Assembly: GCF_006345805.1 (NCBI RefSeq)
Contig: NC_043001.1
Coordinates: 18,414,001-18,478,000, forward strand
Length of the DNA: 64,000 bases
Source of the DNA: Octopus sinensis
Taxonomy: Eukaryota
Direction of reading: 5' to 3'
Part shown: in pieces, positions 35,601-47,511 of the stretch
Position numbering within the stretch: position 1 is the first letter of the stretch
Layout: every line of letters starts with the position of its first letter
Program-made: the position numbers and the translations under genes
The notes under the pieces: model-generated
The model's database searches: none
The model's input: the letters and a program-made list of their open reading frames with translations, nothing else
Told to the model about the DNA's origin: nothing

Positions 35601-38600
35601 CAAAAGGAAAACATGTAACGAGAGAAAAAAGCAACAACAACAAAACAATGTGTTTGAAAGAATTGTACATGTGTGCAAAAACGTGCAATGCCAGTGGCCA
35701 ACGAGGAAAAAAATATTATAGAATTCGGCTTTCAAAAACGAATGATGGTGTGAAGGGCTAACAAAAGAGAACGAAATAAGTAAACGTTTGAAATACAAAA
35801 ATATGTGTATGTACAGAAAGTTCAAGTCTAGGTACAGCAGGACTGGTTTGAAAAATCTGTGACTGTGGAGAACGTTGCATGTGCGGGCTTTTCATTTAGG
35901 TGGTTTTTTTGGTCGGATGGTTGTAGAAATGTTGCGTTTATTGATTGTAGATGCTTCCTTCGTGGATCTGTGCAACGTAGTGGAGTGCATTCTGTGGCAG
36001 GTTGAAAGTGCATGGTGGGTTCTTTTCCTTTTTGCTGTGTGACAGTCGAACGAAAACTGTGTGTAGTGAAAGTTGTTATTCTTGTCTTTAATGTGACGAA
36101 CATGAGATGTGAGGGCTGGGATCCATTTGGTTTGAACGGCAGTTTTTTAAAAATAATTTCCACGTAACTAAACACTTTTAAACTTCGTATACTGGTAGAA
36201 TGTGTTTATAAAACATCTTTTTCTCTTGGCTTTATTGAGAAAATTCTATAGTTTGTAAGATATTTGTTGTTTTTTTTTCTGCAATTTCTGCAATTTCAAC
36301 CAATCACTGACGTCTATTGAGGTAAAAAACATTCTGTGCCGTATGAATATGTCCCTCGTTTAAGAAACAGATTGGGTTTATTTACATTTGTGAAGAAAAA
36401 AAGATACCCTTCCCACCACCCCTAACCCTAAAACAGATTGAAATGCAATAGATCAATACTAGGGTCATAATTATGGGTGACAATTTCATATGACACCGCT
36501 AGAAAAAACTGCCGTTCAAACCGAAAAGATCCGAGGGCTGTAATTCTTGAGCTCGGGTCACCAGAATGTAGCGACGAAATGGAAAATTTAACAGCAGAAC
36601 AAAAAATTGTCTTCATCTTCCAAATGCAATGAAGTTGGTGAAGTAGAACCAAATGTGTATTAGAACGTCGGGAAGCATATGAGGCAACGGTTGTTGGAGC
36701 GAAGGCTGTACATCTTTTAGCTCAGGGTCACCACTTGTAGTGGTCGTTTGGTGAAGGCCGTATTTGTTTTCACGAAGTGGTGCGATGCAGCGAACTGATG
36801 TGCAATGTAACGGATATAGAACATATAAAATCACATCGGGGTCACCAATTATAGCAGCTGAAGTGAGATGCCTTGTCATATCACATCGATATGATGTCGC
36901 TCAGTGCTTCTCAAACTATCTGATATGGCATACCGGCAGTTTTTTTTTCCAATGTGTCAGGGATCGGTAATATTTCTTAATGATATTAATTTATACTGGA
37001 AACAATATATATAATAAACAATATATACAATTTTAAAATCTTATATATTTATTTTGGAAACAAAAAATATAATATTACACAAGCAATTAAAAACATTTTG
37101 TAATGTTTCGTTCTTTTCTGGAAACTCGCCGCGTACCGGCAGTTGATGGCACGCGGATCGGAACCGGTCCTCGTACCACCACTTTGAGTAGCGCTGCTGT
37201 AGCCGACTACCAAATGTAGCATGTAGATATAACGCTTGAAGGAAGAAATATTATGTAGTTAGAGATACAGCAATAATTGTAGTGACAGTGACAAGTTCGC
37301 TCGCTGGTTGGTAGTCGATAGTATAGTAGAGGCTGCTGTCTACCAGTAGAAAGTGAAAGAGTAAGGAATGCACGGTGTTGACTAGAAAGGATAAAGGTGA
37401 CATCGTCTTTCTTGTAGCCGAAAGCTTCTCTTCGTATGTCGAGCGAAGGGTGAAGGGAAATGTTGCTCGTTGTTCTGCTAATACAAAAGTGGGTGCTGCT
37501 CCTTGGTCATGATTGATACAAAGGCAGAGATAAAGAAATGCTCTCTGTTATGTAATGTAGGTCAAACCCTAAACAAAGGTCTGACCTTTCCTTGACCAGC
37601 ACAGGTCCTTGAGGGTCAAGTGTCTCCCCATCAAACATCTGATGTAGAGAAGATTACCTGCTTGTTTTGACAAGTAACAAGTGGGTAGATTTGGTTTCAA
37701 ATCTCAGACAGGGCCAAGCGAGGTCCCTACTGTTTGAATGAGAAACGATGCTCCACCCACCATATTCGCCGGCCATTACCCCATCTGATTAACATTTATT
37801 TCACAGTCTTCAAAATCATTTGAACGGAAAAATATGAATTCTGTAGACGAGATTAGAACAGTAGTGGAGGAGTTTTTTCGTCACAGACAAGTGAATTTTG
37901 GAAGAAGGGCCTTGCAAGTCTACCAGATAAATGGAAGAGCATTGTAGAAAATGAAGGAAAGTATCTTAAATTTGAAAAATAAAAGGAGTATAAAAACCGG
38001 ATTATTTATGGGATGACCCAATATAAAGGCTACTAAATAAATTATGTTTTTGGCAAGACTCTTTTTTACTACTAAAATAACCTCGGAAACGAGGTCAGGC
38101 AGCACAATTTTGAGGTCATTTTCCGGCAATATTTCGGTTTGCTTCTAATGTTTCAGTTTCGTCTGATGTTTCATGCATGTATAGAATTCTGCTCTGACAA
38201 ACATTTATGAAAATGTACACATAAATATTGTATTAAAATAAGCCACAATCAAAAGAATTTCATTAAAAGACATCCATTTCTCTATATGTTATGACGAAAT
38301 ACAGTCACACACACACACTTTCTCACATGCACACGCACACATATGTACAAAAAAGATGTATACATATTTATGTACGTGTATAAGAAAGATGTGTGTGTGT
38401 GTGAGAGAGTACCACTTACACATACATGCAAAAAAATACGACACACCTTCACACACAAACACACACACTCATTCTCTCTCTCTCTCTTACGCACACACAC
38501 ATGTTCATTTCATATACACGTACATACATCGTTCGCTTTCTGCTCTCACTTCAAAGCAAATGTTACTTTTTCACTTTCTCCTCTCTTTCAATTTCTGCTC

Positions 38601-40110
38601 TCTTCAAGGCATAAAGAAATAAAAGAATTTTTACGGAAATTAACGAACAATCCTATGATCCCATATGATCAAGTTGACAACTTTGATGCTTCAGACGAAA
38701 GACTGCTATAAAAGCTATAAAATAACTTCCTTTCACACACACACACGCACACGCACGCGCGCGCGCGGCAAGACTTCTGTATGAACTATGTTGTTTCTTG
38801 CTGTGTGCACGCGCAAAATTACGGCTCAAATCCTATTGAAATGACCTTTTTCTATTCTGTAATTTGTGTTCGTGATGAGCGTATTTAAAAACTTGATTTT
38901 CGATATAAACTTAAAAGGAAGCTTTCCCAGAAATCCTGTCCTTAACCTGTTGTTTCTAGCATGTTCAAGGTGACATTTGTGCCTCCACCCTCCTTATTTT
39001 TTTTCCAAAATTTCTTCCGATTTCTGTTTTAGGAGATTAGGATTTTGCCTCTCAAAATACATTCTTAATATTTTAATTTTTTTCCTCCCCACTCTAATTT
39101 CTTCATTTTCACTTTTTTCCAAGTTTTTTTTTCTTGGTAATCCGCGGAGAAAAAATCAGAGAGTACGAATCTTTAAGAATTTTCTTCTTCCTTTTTTCTT
39201 AAAGAAGCACTAAAATCTCCTTCCCAACCATCCACCCATCACCTCATCACTTTCAAAAAGCTACAAACCCCCAATGTTCCACTTTTAGCTTTTTGGAAAG
39301 CGGGGACGTTTCTTCAGAAATAATGTCGTTTACCTGTTGTTTCTAGCATGTCAGGATTTCTGGTATTTTTTACGTCTGCTATTTCACTACAATTCTACGC
39401 ATGCGTGAAACATCAGACAAAAGTGAAACATTGAAAGGTTTTAGCTTTTTGAAAGCAGATAGGTGATGGGTGGGAGATATGTTAAACTTTAAAAAAATAT
39501 ATGTATATTTCTCAAATTCGTAATCTTACTTGAATAAAAAAAAAAAATCGAAAAAGTTACAAATTAAGAAATTGTGGTGGGGACGGGTAGAAATTAAAAC
39601 TTCGGAAATGTGATTTCTGGGCAAAATTGTATTAGCCCCATTTTATACGATGGAACAATAAATAGTTTGTGATCCTTCTTAAGAACAGAAAGCACTTTCA
39701 TGTAAAGCCATGCAAATTGTACCCTCCCCTTCACTTTTAAAGAAAACAATAACTTCCATTTCGCCAGTAACCCAGTTCACTATACATCAGCTGAGCCGAT
39801 TCTGCCTCTAAGAAAGGAACAAATAATACAATGTGGCTGCAGGTCATAACACCTAGCAACGCCGGGATGCATTACTAGTGTGTGTGTGTGTGTATTAGGC
39901 TGAAACACCTGTAAGTGATTTTAATAATTTATATTCATGTTTTTTTTTTTAATAACTACTTGTATTCTCATCTTATATGAATTGAATAATATACTATATG
40001 TATGTATGTTATTCTGGTTGTCGTTTTGATAAATAAATAAGTCAACATTTTAATATCCTAAAGTGGAATAAACCAACTAATACGCTTCTCCATTTTCTTA
40101 TTTGCAATAT

Positions 40111-40147
<37 letters not shown>

Positions 40148-40522
40148 TTTAGGAAGCGCTCCGTCGGTTACGACGACGACGAGGGTTCCGGTTGATCCGA
40201 ATCAACGGAACAGCCTGCTCGTGAAATTAACGCGTAAGTGGCTGAGCACTCCACAGACACGTGTACTCTTAACGTAGTTCTCGGGGATATTCAGCGTGAC
40301 ACAGAGAGTGACAAGGTCGGCCCTTTGAAAATACAGGTACAACAGAAACAGGAAGTAAGAGTGAGAGAAAGTTGTGGTGAAAGAGTACAGCAGGGATCAC
40401 CACCATCCCCTGCCGGAGCCTCGTGGAGCTTTTAGGTGTTTTTGCTCAATAAACACTCACAACACCCGGTCTGGGAATCGAAACCGCGAGTCCGCTGCCC
40501 TAACCACAGGGCCATTGCCCCT

Positions 40523-40582
<60 letters not shown>

Positions 40583-40599
40583 ATATAATATACATATAC

Positions 40600-40656
<57 letters not shown>

Positions 40657-40665
40657 ATATATATA

Positions 40666-40703
<38 letters not shown>

Positions 40704-43700
40704 TATATATATAAAATCATTTAATCATTTAACGTCCGTTGTTCTCGGTGGTAAGGGTTGGACTACATACATACATACGTACACACACACACACAGACGC
40801 ACACACACAGACACACACATATAATCATCATCATCATTATCATTTAATGTCTGCCTTCCTTGCTGACATGGGTGGGGTGACTTGACAGGAGCTGGTGAGG
40901 TACAAGACAGCACCAGACTTCTGTGTCTGTTTTGGCAGGGTTTTTACAGCTGGATGCCCTTCCTAACACCAACCACGAGGACAGAAACATGTGTGCTGCT
41001 GTAAAAGAGATACATGGCCACTCAACCTGAGAGAAGAGCAGGAGAGAGAGAGAGAAAGAAAGAAAGAGAGAGAAAGGGGGGAGGGGGGAGAGAGAAAGTA
41101 TGGGAGACAGCAGGATAGAGATGGTGGCAAGTGTCAGGGCATACCTGTGAGGTTCGAAGTTCATAATATAAGTGACAGGACACTGCTAAAAAAACGCGAT
41201 TAAAGAGTGCGGAGAGGTATGCAGTGAGTGGTAAAAAACCTATGTATACCTATTTCTTTACTACCCACAAGGGGCTAAACACAGAGGGGACAAACAAGGA
41301 CAGACAAACGGATTAAGTCGATTACATCGACCCCAGTGCGTAACTGGTACTTAATTTATCGACCCCGAAAGGATGAAAGGCAAAGTCGACCTCGGCGGAA
41401 TTTGAACTCAGAACGTACGGCTACGCATTTCGCCCAGCGTGCTAGCGTTTCTGCCAGCTCGCCACCTTATGGTGAATAACCTATGTATATAGAGTGGTGG
41501 TGCTGGTGGGGCTATCGGATAACAATGATAGAGAGAAACAGGGCCGTGAGGATAGGGTAGAGAGTGAGAGGTAAGTATAGTGCATGATACTATGAAAGAG
41601 GAAATGTGAGGAAGAGATGTAGTTTGGTTTGTTGGGGTAGGGTGTGTGAAAAATTTTCTTGTTACGTGTAGGCAGAACACACAGGTCGGTGTGGGGTGAG
41701 GTTGTAGGGAATAGCAATGATATACTGAAACAGGGCCAAGAGGAAAGGATTGAAGAGTGGGAGGCAAGCATGGTGCATGAAAGAGGAAATGTGAGGAAGA
41801 GAAGAGAGTTGGAGATGCAGTGTGGCTTGTTGGTGGTAGGGTGGCACAAGGCTAGTAATTTTAGGGGGAATGAGATTAGTTGGTTCCATTGACCTCAGTA
41901 CTTTATTGGTACTTCATTTTATTGGCCTTGGAGGGATGAAAAAGGCAAAGCTGAACTTGGCAGGACTTGAAATCACAATGTAAAGAATCAGAACAAATAC
42001 CTATTTCTTTACTATCCACAAGGGGCTAAACATAGAGGGGACAAACAAGGATAGACAAGCGGATTAAGTCGATTATATCGACTCCAGTGCGTAACTGGTA
42101 CTTATTTAATCGACCCCGAAAGGATGAAAGGCAAAGTTGACCTAGGCGGAATTTGAACTCAGAACGTAGCGGCAGACAAAATACGGCTACGCATTTCGTC
42201 CGGCGTGCTAACGTTTCTGCCAGCTCGCCGCCCTTTCAGAACAAATACCACAAAGCGTTTTTTCCAACACTCTAATGATTTTGCTAGCTCACAACATTTT
42301 ATAACACTGGTTTCAGATTTTGGCACAAGGCCAGCAATTTTGGGGGAGGGGAAATGTCGATTACATCGGCCCAACGTATAACTGGTACTTATTTTATCGA
42401 TCCCTGCAAAGATGAAAGCAAAGTCGACCTCGGTGGAATTTGAATTGTCTGCTAGTTGGAGTTCAGCATACATTCGTGAATAAGTTAATCAGTTAATCTT
42501 TGGGAAGATTTGTGTCGAGTAAGTGTGGAATTGTGATGTTAAAAATTTGAAATTGCGAAAAATTTCCTTCAGAATCGCAACCTCTATATTTTAAAAAGTG
42601 TAATTTGCTATAAAAAAAAGAAGAAAAAATGGTAAAAGTTTAAAAAAACCTGGAGCAGCAGGTGGGCAAAACTTTTGGAAATTGGAAAGCAGCAATATTT
42701 CGGTATTAGTATATGACGTAGGTCATGAGTGAATGTGTGTGTGAGTGTATTTGTGATTGACTGTTCAACTCTGTCAAGCAGATGAAACAAAATGTCACAC
42801 ACTCACTCATGACGTCATAGACTTTTACCGAAAGACTGTCTGGAAAGCTTTTTGTTGTAGAATCAAAATCTCTGATATTGAAAACGAGGGGATCCGGAGT
42901 AATTTCTGAGAGAAGGATTAAAAAGTATTAAAAAAAATTTAGGAGTAGGGCGACTCTGATAGTCCTGCGTGTATCTACCCATCTATTACACCCATAGACG
43001 CTTCTCGTGAGCGAGTATGACTGAGTAGCATGCCTTCGCTAATTGTTTTGGTGAGCCTTCATATATTTCTTTATTGCCCACAAGAGGCTAAACATAGAGG
43101 GGACAAACAAGGACAGACAAAGGGATTGAGTCGCTTACATCGACTCCAGTGTGTAACTGGTACTTAATTTATCGACCCCGAAAGGATGAAAGACAAAGTC
43201 GACCTCAGCGGAATTTGAACTGGGAACGTATCGTATTTCGTCTGGCATTACGTTCTGAGTTCAAATTCCGCCGAGGTCGACTTTGTCTTTCATCCTTTCG
43301 GGGTCGATTAAATAGGTACCACTTACGCACTGGGGTCGATGTAATCGACTTAATACCTATGTCTGTCCTTGTTTGTCCCCTCTGTGTTTAGCCCCTTGTG
43401 GGTAGTAAAGAAATATGTTTTAGTGAGCCTATATGATGACGAGCAGATATTGACAGCATCTCGACCTACACTCCCATCCTTTGATCCAAAGGAACGAGAA
43501 GGATGAGGCAACTGGAAAGGGACAGGGTGCAGGGTTGCACCAGTTGTAGTCTGGTTTGATACCCATTTTCAGTTGAGAGGACTGGAGCAATGTGAAAAAA
43601 GGGTCTCGATGAAGGACACAACGCACCGTCTGGTCCAAGCAGCGCTAGATTAATCAATAAGCAAAATAAGCAAAAAAGTGCTTCGGATATCACGAGAAAT

Positions 43701-44104
43701 GAGGGGCGGGCACCACAGAAACGGTAAAAGCTGTCATTTAAAACTTGCTAAAATAATATTCGAAATGGTTTATACGATCAGAAATATAATTTCGAAGTAT
43801 TCATGGACTTAAGATGTATTCTGTTGGAATTGTAGTTTATCGTTTCTTTGTTTTCTCGCTATTTCTTCCCATGGGACACACTGTTTATGTATGGCAATAA
43901 AAATGTTAATTTGGCACATAAACGATAATTATTTAAGTTATTACATACTTTTACATTGCAATAAGAAGAGTAAAAGTATTTGTAAAAGTTACCTTTCGCA
44001 TTTGGTGTAATAAAAGGCCACGTATTTATGACTAGAGGTAAGTTTGAACCTGCAGCTCTAGCGACGACAATTAGGAGGAATAACAAACACACCTTCTGTG
44101 ACAT
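20378..44104 (-). CDS. AGA: Aspartylglucosaminidase paralogue B, complete; 8 coding exons, 1053 nt, 350 aa
   Basis: Exons 43993-44104, 32081-32240, 29829-29941, 28474-28586, 26988-27190, 24393-24500, 21018-21151 and 20378-20487. Boundaries are GT-AG and the phases join into one open frame ending in TGA. Motifs NTWPF, HDTIG, GRVGDSP, ATGNGD, RFLPS and GAAC are all present. Confidence 0.97.
21018..21151 (-). CDS. AGA: AGA-B exon 7 ([45 protein letters not shown])
   Basis: Acceptor ttctttcag, donor gtaggt, 134 nt. Confidence 0.95.
21596..21914. mobile_element. Foldback element with ~85-bp terminal inverted repeats around the hammerhead (Penelope-like derivative)
   Basis: 21596-21682 is the reverse complement of 21831-21914 except for one mismatch and small indels. 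Attribution to Penelope-like elements is inferred from the hammerhead. Confidence 0.7.
21728..21788 (+). ncRNA. Type I hammerhead ribozyme motif inside a foldback element
   Basis: Stem I TTGCCG/CGGTAA; core CTGAAGA (21734-21740); stem II GGGG/CCCC; GAAA (21768-21771); stem III ATTG-GAC-CAAT; cleavage triplet AUA (cut after 21782). Confidence 0.75.
23212..23430. mobile_element. piggyBac-type MITE (TTAA-CCCTTTC...GAAAGGG-TTAA); further copies at about 59130-59347 and 59371-59574
   Basis: CCC/GGG termini flanked by TTAA; three similar copies in the window. Confidence 0.75.
23752..23970. mobile_element. hAT/Charlie-type MITE; related elements at about 30056-30812 and 36902-37196
   Basis: TIR cagtgcttttcaa...ttgaaaaccact. 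Confidence 0.6.
24393..24500 (-). CDS. AGA: AGA-B exon 6 ([35 protein letters not shown])
   Basis: Acceptor gtttgcag, donor gtcagt, 108 nt; carries the substrate-binding Arg and Asp of RVGD. Confidence 0.96.
24620..25005 (-). mobile_element. tRNA-derived SINE family 4 (gtggaggcgcaatggcccagtggttagggcagcggact...gtaaccgacggagtgcttcc)
   Basis: Near-identical copies at about 40150-40525(-) and 46888-47205(+, internally deleted); A-box and B-box in the head. Confidence 0.85.
25495..25915 (+). mobile_element. tRNA-derived SINE family 2 with a CORE-like ccttgggcaagtg segment and a (gagtaaa)n tail
   Basis: Near full-length copies also at about 50770-51185(-), 55795-56210(+) and 56495-56900(-). Partial copies at about 1214-1390, 11150-11555, 12105-12245, 20555-20790, 21265-21420, 58755-58915, 62060-62210 and 63775-63930. 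Confidence 0.85.
26988..27190 (-). CDS. AGA: AGA-B exon 5 ([15 protein letters not shown]...[31 protein letters not shown])
   Basis: 203 nt, with the same boundaries as the copy A exon. Confidence 0.96.
28096..28245. repeat. Compound (CCG)n-(CCA)n-(TCA)n trinucleotide tract
   Basis: Read directly from the sequence. Confidence 0.95.
28474..28586 (-). CDS. AGA: AGA-B exon 4 ([38 protein letters not shown])
   Basis: 113 nt, GT-AG. Confidence 0.96.
28675..29051 (+). mobile_element. Non-autonomous Helitron-like element
   Basis: 5' tctatataaa followed by a (ctgt/gt)-rich tract; 3' gcaacgccgggcgatactgCTAGt. Similar 3' ends at about 39855-39878(+) and 22057-22085(-). Confidence 0.6.
29405..29774 (+). 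mobile_element. Second copy of the tRNA-head/hammerhead element (AGA-B intron 3)
   Basis: Same structure. CTGATGA at 29689-29695 and GAAAC at 29717-29721; the left inverted arm retains GAAACGTTGTGTT. Confidence 0.7.
29829..29941 (-). CDS. AGA: AGA-B exon 3 ([37 protein letters not shown])
   Basis: 113 nt, GT-AG. Confidence 0.96.
32081..32240 (-). CDS. AGA: AGA-B exon 2 ([54 protein letters not shown])
   Basis: 160 nt, GT-AG. Confidence 0.96.
32840..33720 (+). mobile_element. Decayed LINE ORF1/gag-like fragment with a CCHC zinc knuckle
   Basis: [14 protein letters not shown] (CX2CX4HX4C) in ORF 33201-33413, followed by an acidic/basic tail ([15 protein letters not shown]); interrupted by stops and frameshifts. 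Confidence 0.65.
34898..35309. mobile_element. Foldback element with ~90-bp TIRs
   Basis: 34898-34989 is inverted at 35220-35309. Confidence 0.75.
37753..37975 (+). mobile_element. mariner transposase C-terminal remnant
   Basis: [23 protein letters not shown] ... [24 protein letters not shown], matching the mariner YSPDLAPSD motif region. Confidence 0.8.
40525..40712. repeat. Long (TA)n-rich microsatellite
   Basis: Read directly from the sequence. Confidence 0.95.
43993..44104 (-). CDS. AGA: AGA-B exon 1 ([37 protein letters not shown])
   Basis: ATG at 44104, signal peptide, donor gtaact. Confidence 0.95.
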
Positions 44105-44554
44105 GATTCAAGAAGAAATGAAATTCAAGTATGGGCTTAGAGTTATCTCCCCTTAGAGGGAAGGTCAGCCATGCAACGAGCTTCGAGGAAAGGGTAATTC
44201 GAAACGACTCCTTATTTCGACTTTAGACTCGTAATTCTTGTTGTTCCATTGTTTATTCTGTGTTGTTTTAACATGTATTTGCTTTGTTTTGTAAATGGGT
44301 TTATTGCCTTCTCCAGAAACTCTTAGTTGATGTTGAAATGTATTGAAAACTATTTGTTTTTCGCTCGAAGTGTTATGAACGAACGGAGTAAAAGTTTGAT
44401 CGATCACGTAATTACCTTTGCGACTGTAAGGGACTTCGAAGCGAAACCTAATTGATTTGATGAATTTATGAGGTTAAAATACATGAAGTGTGGAAGCAAA
44501 TAGAACATTTTTAAAGTTATCAAACCCATGAAACTTCAACTGGCATATATATAC

Positions 44555-44591
<37 letters not shown>

Positions 44592-44716
44592 CTAAGTAAT
44601 TAAGGGTTTAGCAACGATTTGCTCCTTGAATGGGGCTTTTACATGCCGAAATCTACTTGGTGAAATTGATGATTATTCCAAATTAATTAATTTCACCCTA
44701 TATTATTATTGGTAAT

Positions 44717-44762
<46 letters not shown>

Positions 44763-44893
44763 TAAATTAGAGATAAAACCACTATTAGGCAATCAAACAA
44801 TGAAAAACTTAAGCCAATACATAAAATTAATTAATTTATATTATTTTAAATATATATCAAAAGTATTAAAAGTTTAATAAAAGATAATGAGTA

Positions 44894-44930
<37 letters not shown>

Positions 44931-47331
44931 TATACTGTGGTAACCTTCATACACTGACCGCAACATTTGGAAATAGCCTGTGTTTCGGTAATTATTTATA
45001 GTGACGGCTTTTAAGTGAAATTAAAACACTGTATAATATATGTGTGTGTGTATATAAAGTGTGTAAATTGTGTGTGAAACTTGATGTATTTGATGTACTT
45101 TGAGTCGACACCGCTGAGCGTTTAAGTCTTATGTAATACAATTTAAATGGTTGTAAATTTATTTATTATATATATATATGCGTTACATTGAATCTCAAAT
45201 TTGTTGACTGGGGAATATATATGATTCCATACTGAATTTTAAGTTTAGTATGGTATTTTATAACGTGCATATGTTTGTTTATTCCTCGTTATGACGAATC
45301 TTCCCATCTTTGTTCTTGTTACGAAGCTCGAATATAAAACTCAACCGGCGCCGTATTTTCCATTATTAGTTACTCGCTAATCTTCCTTCTTTTGTACAGG
45401 AGGGAGCCCCAACGACATAAAGTTTATTTATCATCTCCATCGTTTTTATATCCGTCTTTTCTCTGCTTACATGTGTTGGTGGATCTTGAAGAACAAGATT
45501 CTTTTTGCCACATGGACTGGACACATTTTATCGCACCACTGACGCTAGAGAGAGATTGTCTGGGATATGAGACGTTTTGGCGTTGCTGGTTCGATGCCGA
45601 CTTATTTGAAACCAAACGTTTTTATATTTTTATATTCCTCACGTTTTAATGGTTCTCTCTCTTTCCCTCCATCTCTCTGTTTATGTGTGTGAGGGTATTT
45701 CTCGATGTGTAAGAGGAGAGGAAAATTGTTTATGTCAATTGTCTTCCTTGAATAGATTATAATGTCTCTCTCCCTCACTCTATCTATATGTGTATATTTC
45801 TGTTCGTGCATACATGTGTGTGTTCGTGCATTTACTTCCAACACCAGTATTGTCACCAAAACAAGCTGAATGTCCAGTCAGTCATACCAAATTGTCAGCA
45901 TCAGTCCATAGATGTAGATTTTCCTCTACCCTTTTTGGAGAATTCTATATTTTATCTGGAGTTAGTGCCTTCATAGGTGAGGGGTTTTTTTTTGTGATAC
46001 TACGGGTAGAGACCATATATCCTTCAGTCATCATCATCATTTAATGTCCATCTTCCATGCATGGGTCGGACAGTTCACAGGAGCTGGTGGGGTTGAAAAA
46101 CTGCCCTAGGCTACTGTGTCTGTTTTGGCAGCGTTTTTTATGGCTGGATGCCCTTCCTAACATCAACCACTCTGTACAGTGGACTCAGTGCTTTTTACGT
46201 GGCACTAGCATAGGCGAGATTAGTTATAGCATGATTTTTACAGCTGGATACCCTTCCAAATGCCAACCACTTTACAGTGTGGACTGGATGCTTTTACATG
46301 GCATCAGCACTGGCAGGGTCACCAAGTAACTCACAAGAATGGAATTATGAGAGGAGCAGGGGTATTTGAAGAGGGGAACTTGTGTGAGAGGGTGAAAGGT
46401 TAGAGTGTGATAAAAAGGCAGAGACAGAAACAGGTGTCTTGCTATAATGGAGGGGACATTGGAAGACGTGATCCAATATTACGGCGAGCTGGCAGAAACG
46501 TTAGCACGCCGGGTGAAATGCTCAGCAATATTTCATCTGCCTTTACGCTATGAGTTCAAATTCCGCCGAGGTCGACTTTGCCTTTCATCCTTTCGGAGTC
46601 GATAAATTAAGTACCAGTTACGCACTGGGTCGATATAACTGACTTAATCCGTTTGTCTGTCCTTGTTTGTCCTCTCTGTGTTTAGCCCCTTGTGGGTAGT
46701 AAAGAAATAGGTAATGTGTATCATATGTGATGTATGGATGCTGAGGAAATATGTCCTGTGTATCATATGATATATAGTAAAGGCAGAGGGTTAAGAAGGA
46801 CATCAAATGTATTACTCTCACCAATCTTAGAAGACTAAGATATCCTTGTTGACAAGCCCCTTCCTCTAGATGTAGCTATTAAATAACGTGGAGGCACAAT
46901 GGCCCAGTGGTTAGGGCAGCGGACTCGCGGTCATAGGATCGCGGTTTCGATTCCCAGACCGGGCGTTGTGAGTGTTTATTGAGCGAAAACACCTAAAAGC
47001 TCCACGAGGCTCTGGCAGGGGATGGTGGTGATCCCTGCTGTACTCTTTCACCACAACTTTCTCTCACTCTTACTTCCTGTTTCTGTTGTACCAGCACGTG
47101 TCTGTGGAGTGCTCAGCCACTTACACGTTAATTTCACGAGCAGGCTGTTCCGTTGATTCGGATCAACCGGAACCCTCATCGTCGTAACTGACGGAGTGCT
47201 TCCACTATTAAATAACATAAATTCTCTAAACACATTGATGGAACATTAGGATTAAGGGTTAGAAAGAGCAAGGCTAGTTGATAATTGTTTAATAAAATAA
47301 TTTAGAAAGTTTTCTTTCTTTTCAGTTAACA

Positions 47332-47511
47332 ATGTTGAAGCAATTGAAAGCCTTTGCCAAAAATTACACGGTGCTGCTTGTTATGATCCCTTCAGTAATT
47401 GCCGTACATGTTGGTTGGTACTATATGCAATTTAATCCTGATTTAGTTGAGCCTGAAAGACAAGAGATTGGGATTTTGGGAAAATTAATCAAGAAAACCC
47501 CAAAAGAATAA
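47332..47511 (+). CDS. 59-aa single-TM microprotein, homologue of the MKKS upstream ORF uMKKS1 (MLKQLKAFAKNYTVLLVMIPSVIAVHVGWYYMQFNPDLVEPERQEIGILGKLIKKTPKE*)
   Basis: Lies wholly inside exon 47326-47535 (acceptor ttttctttcttttcag, donor gtaagt). ATG has A at -3. NYTVLLVMIPSVIAVHVGWY matches human uMKKS1 DYKVLVVMVPLVGLIHLGWY as recalled; no database search was run. Confidence 0.88.
   Translation: MLKQLKAFAKNYTVLLVMIPSVIAVHVGWYYMQFNPDLVEPERQEIGILGKLIKKTPKE

Noticed and set aside
45392-45649. 85-aa ORF (and its internal MDWTHF... 45-aa ORF) as a possible third upstream ORF of MKKS
   Set aside because: The paralogous copy near 17700-17765 has an in-frame stop (TGG to TAG). I found no convincing donor and no similarity I can recognise. 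It remains possible only if transcripts include it.
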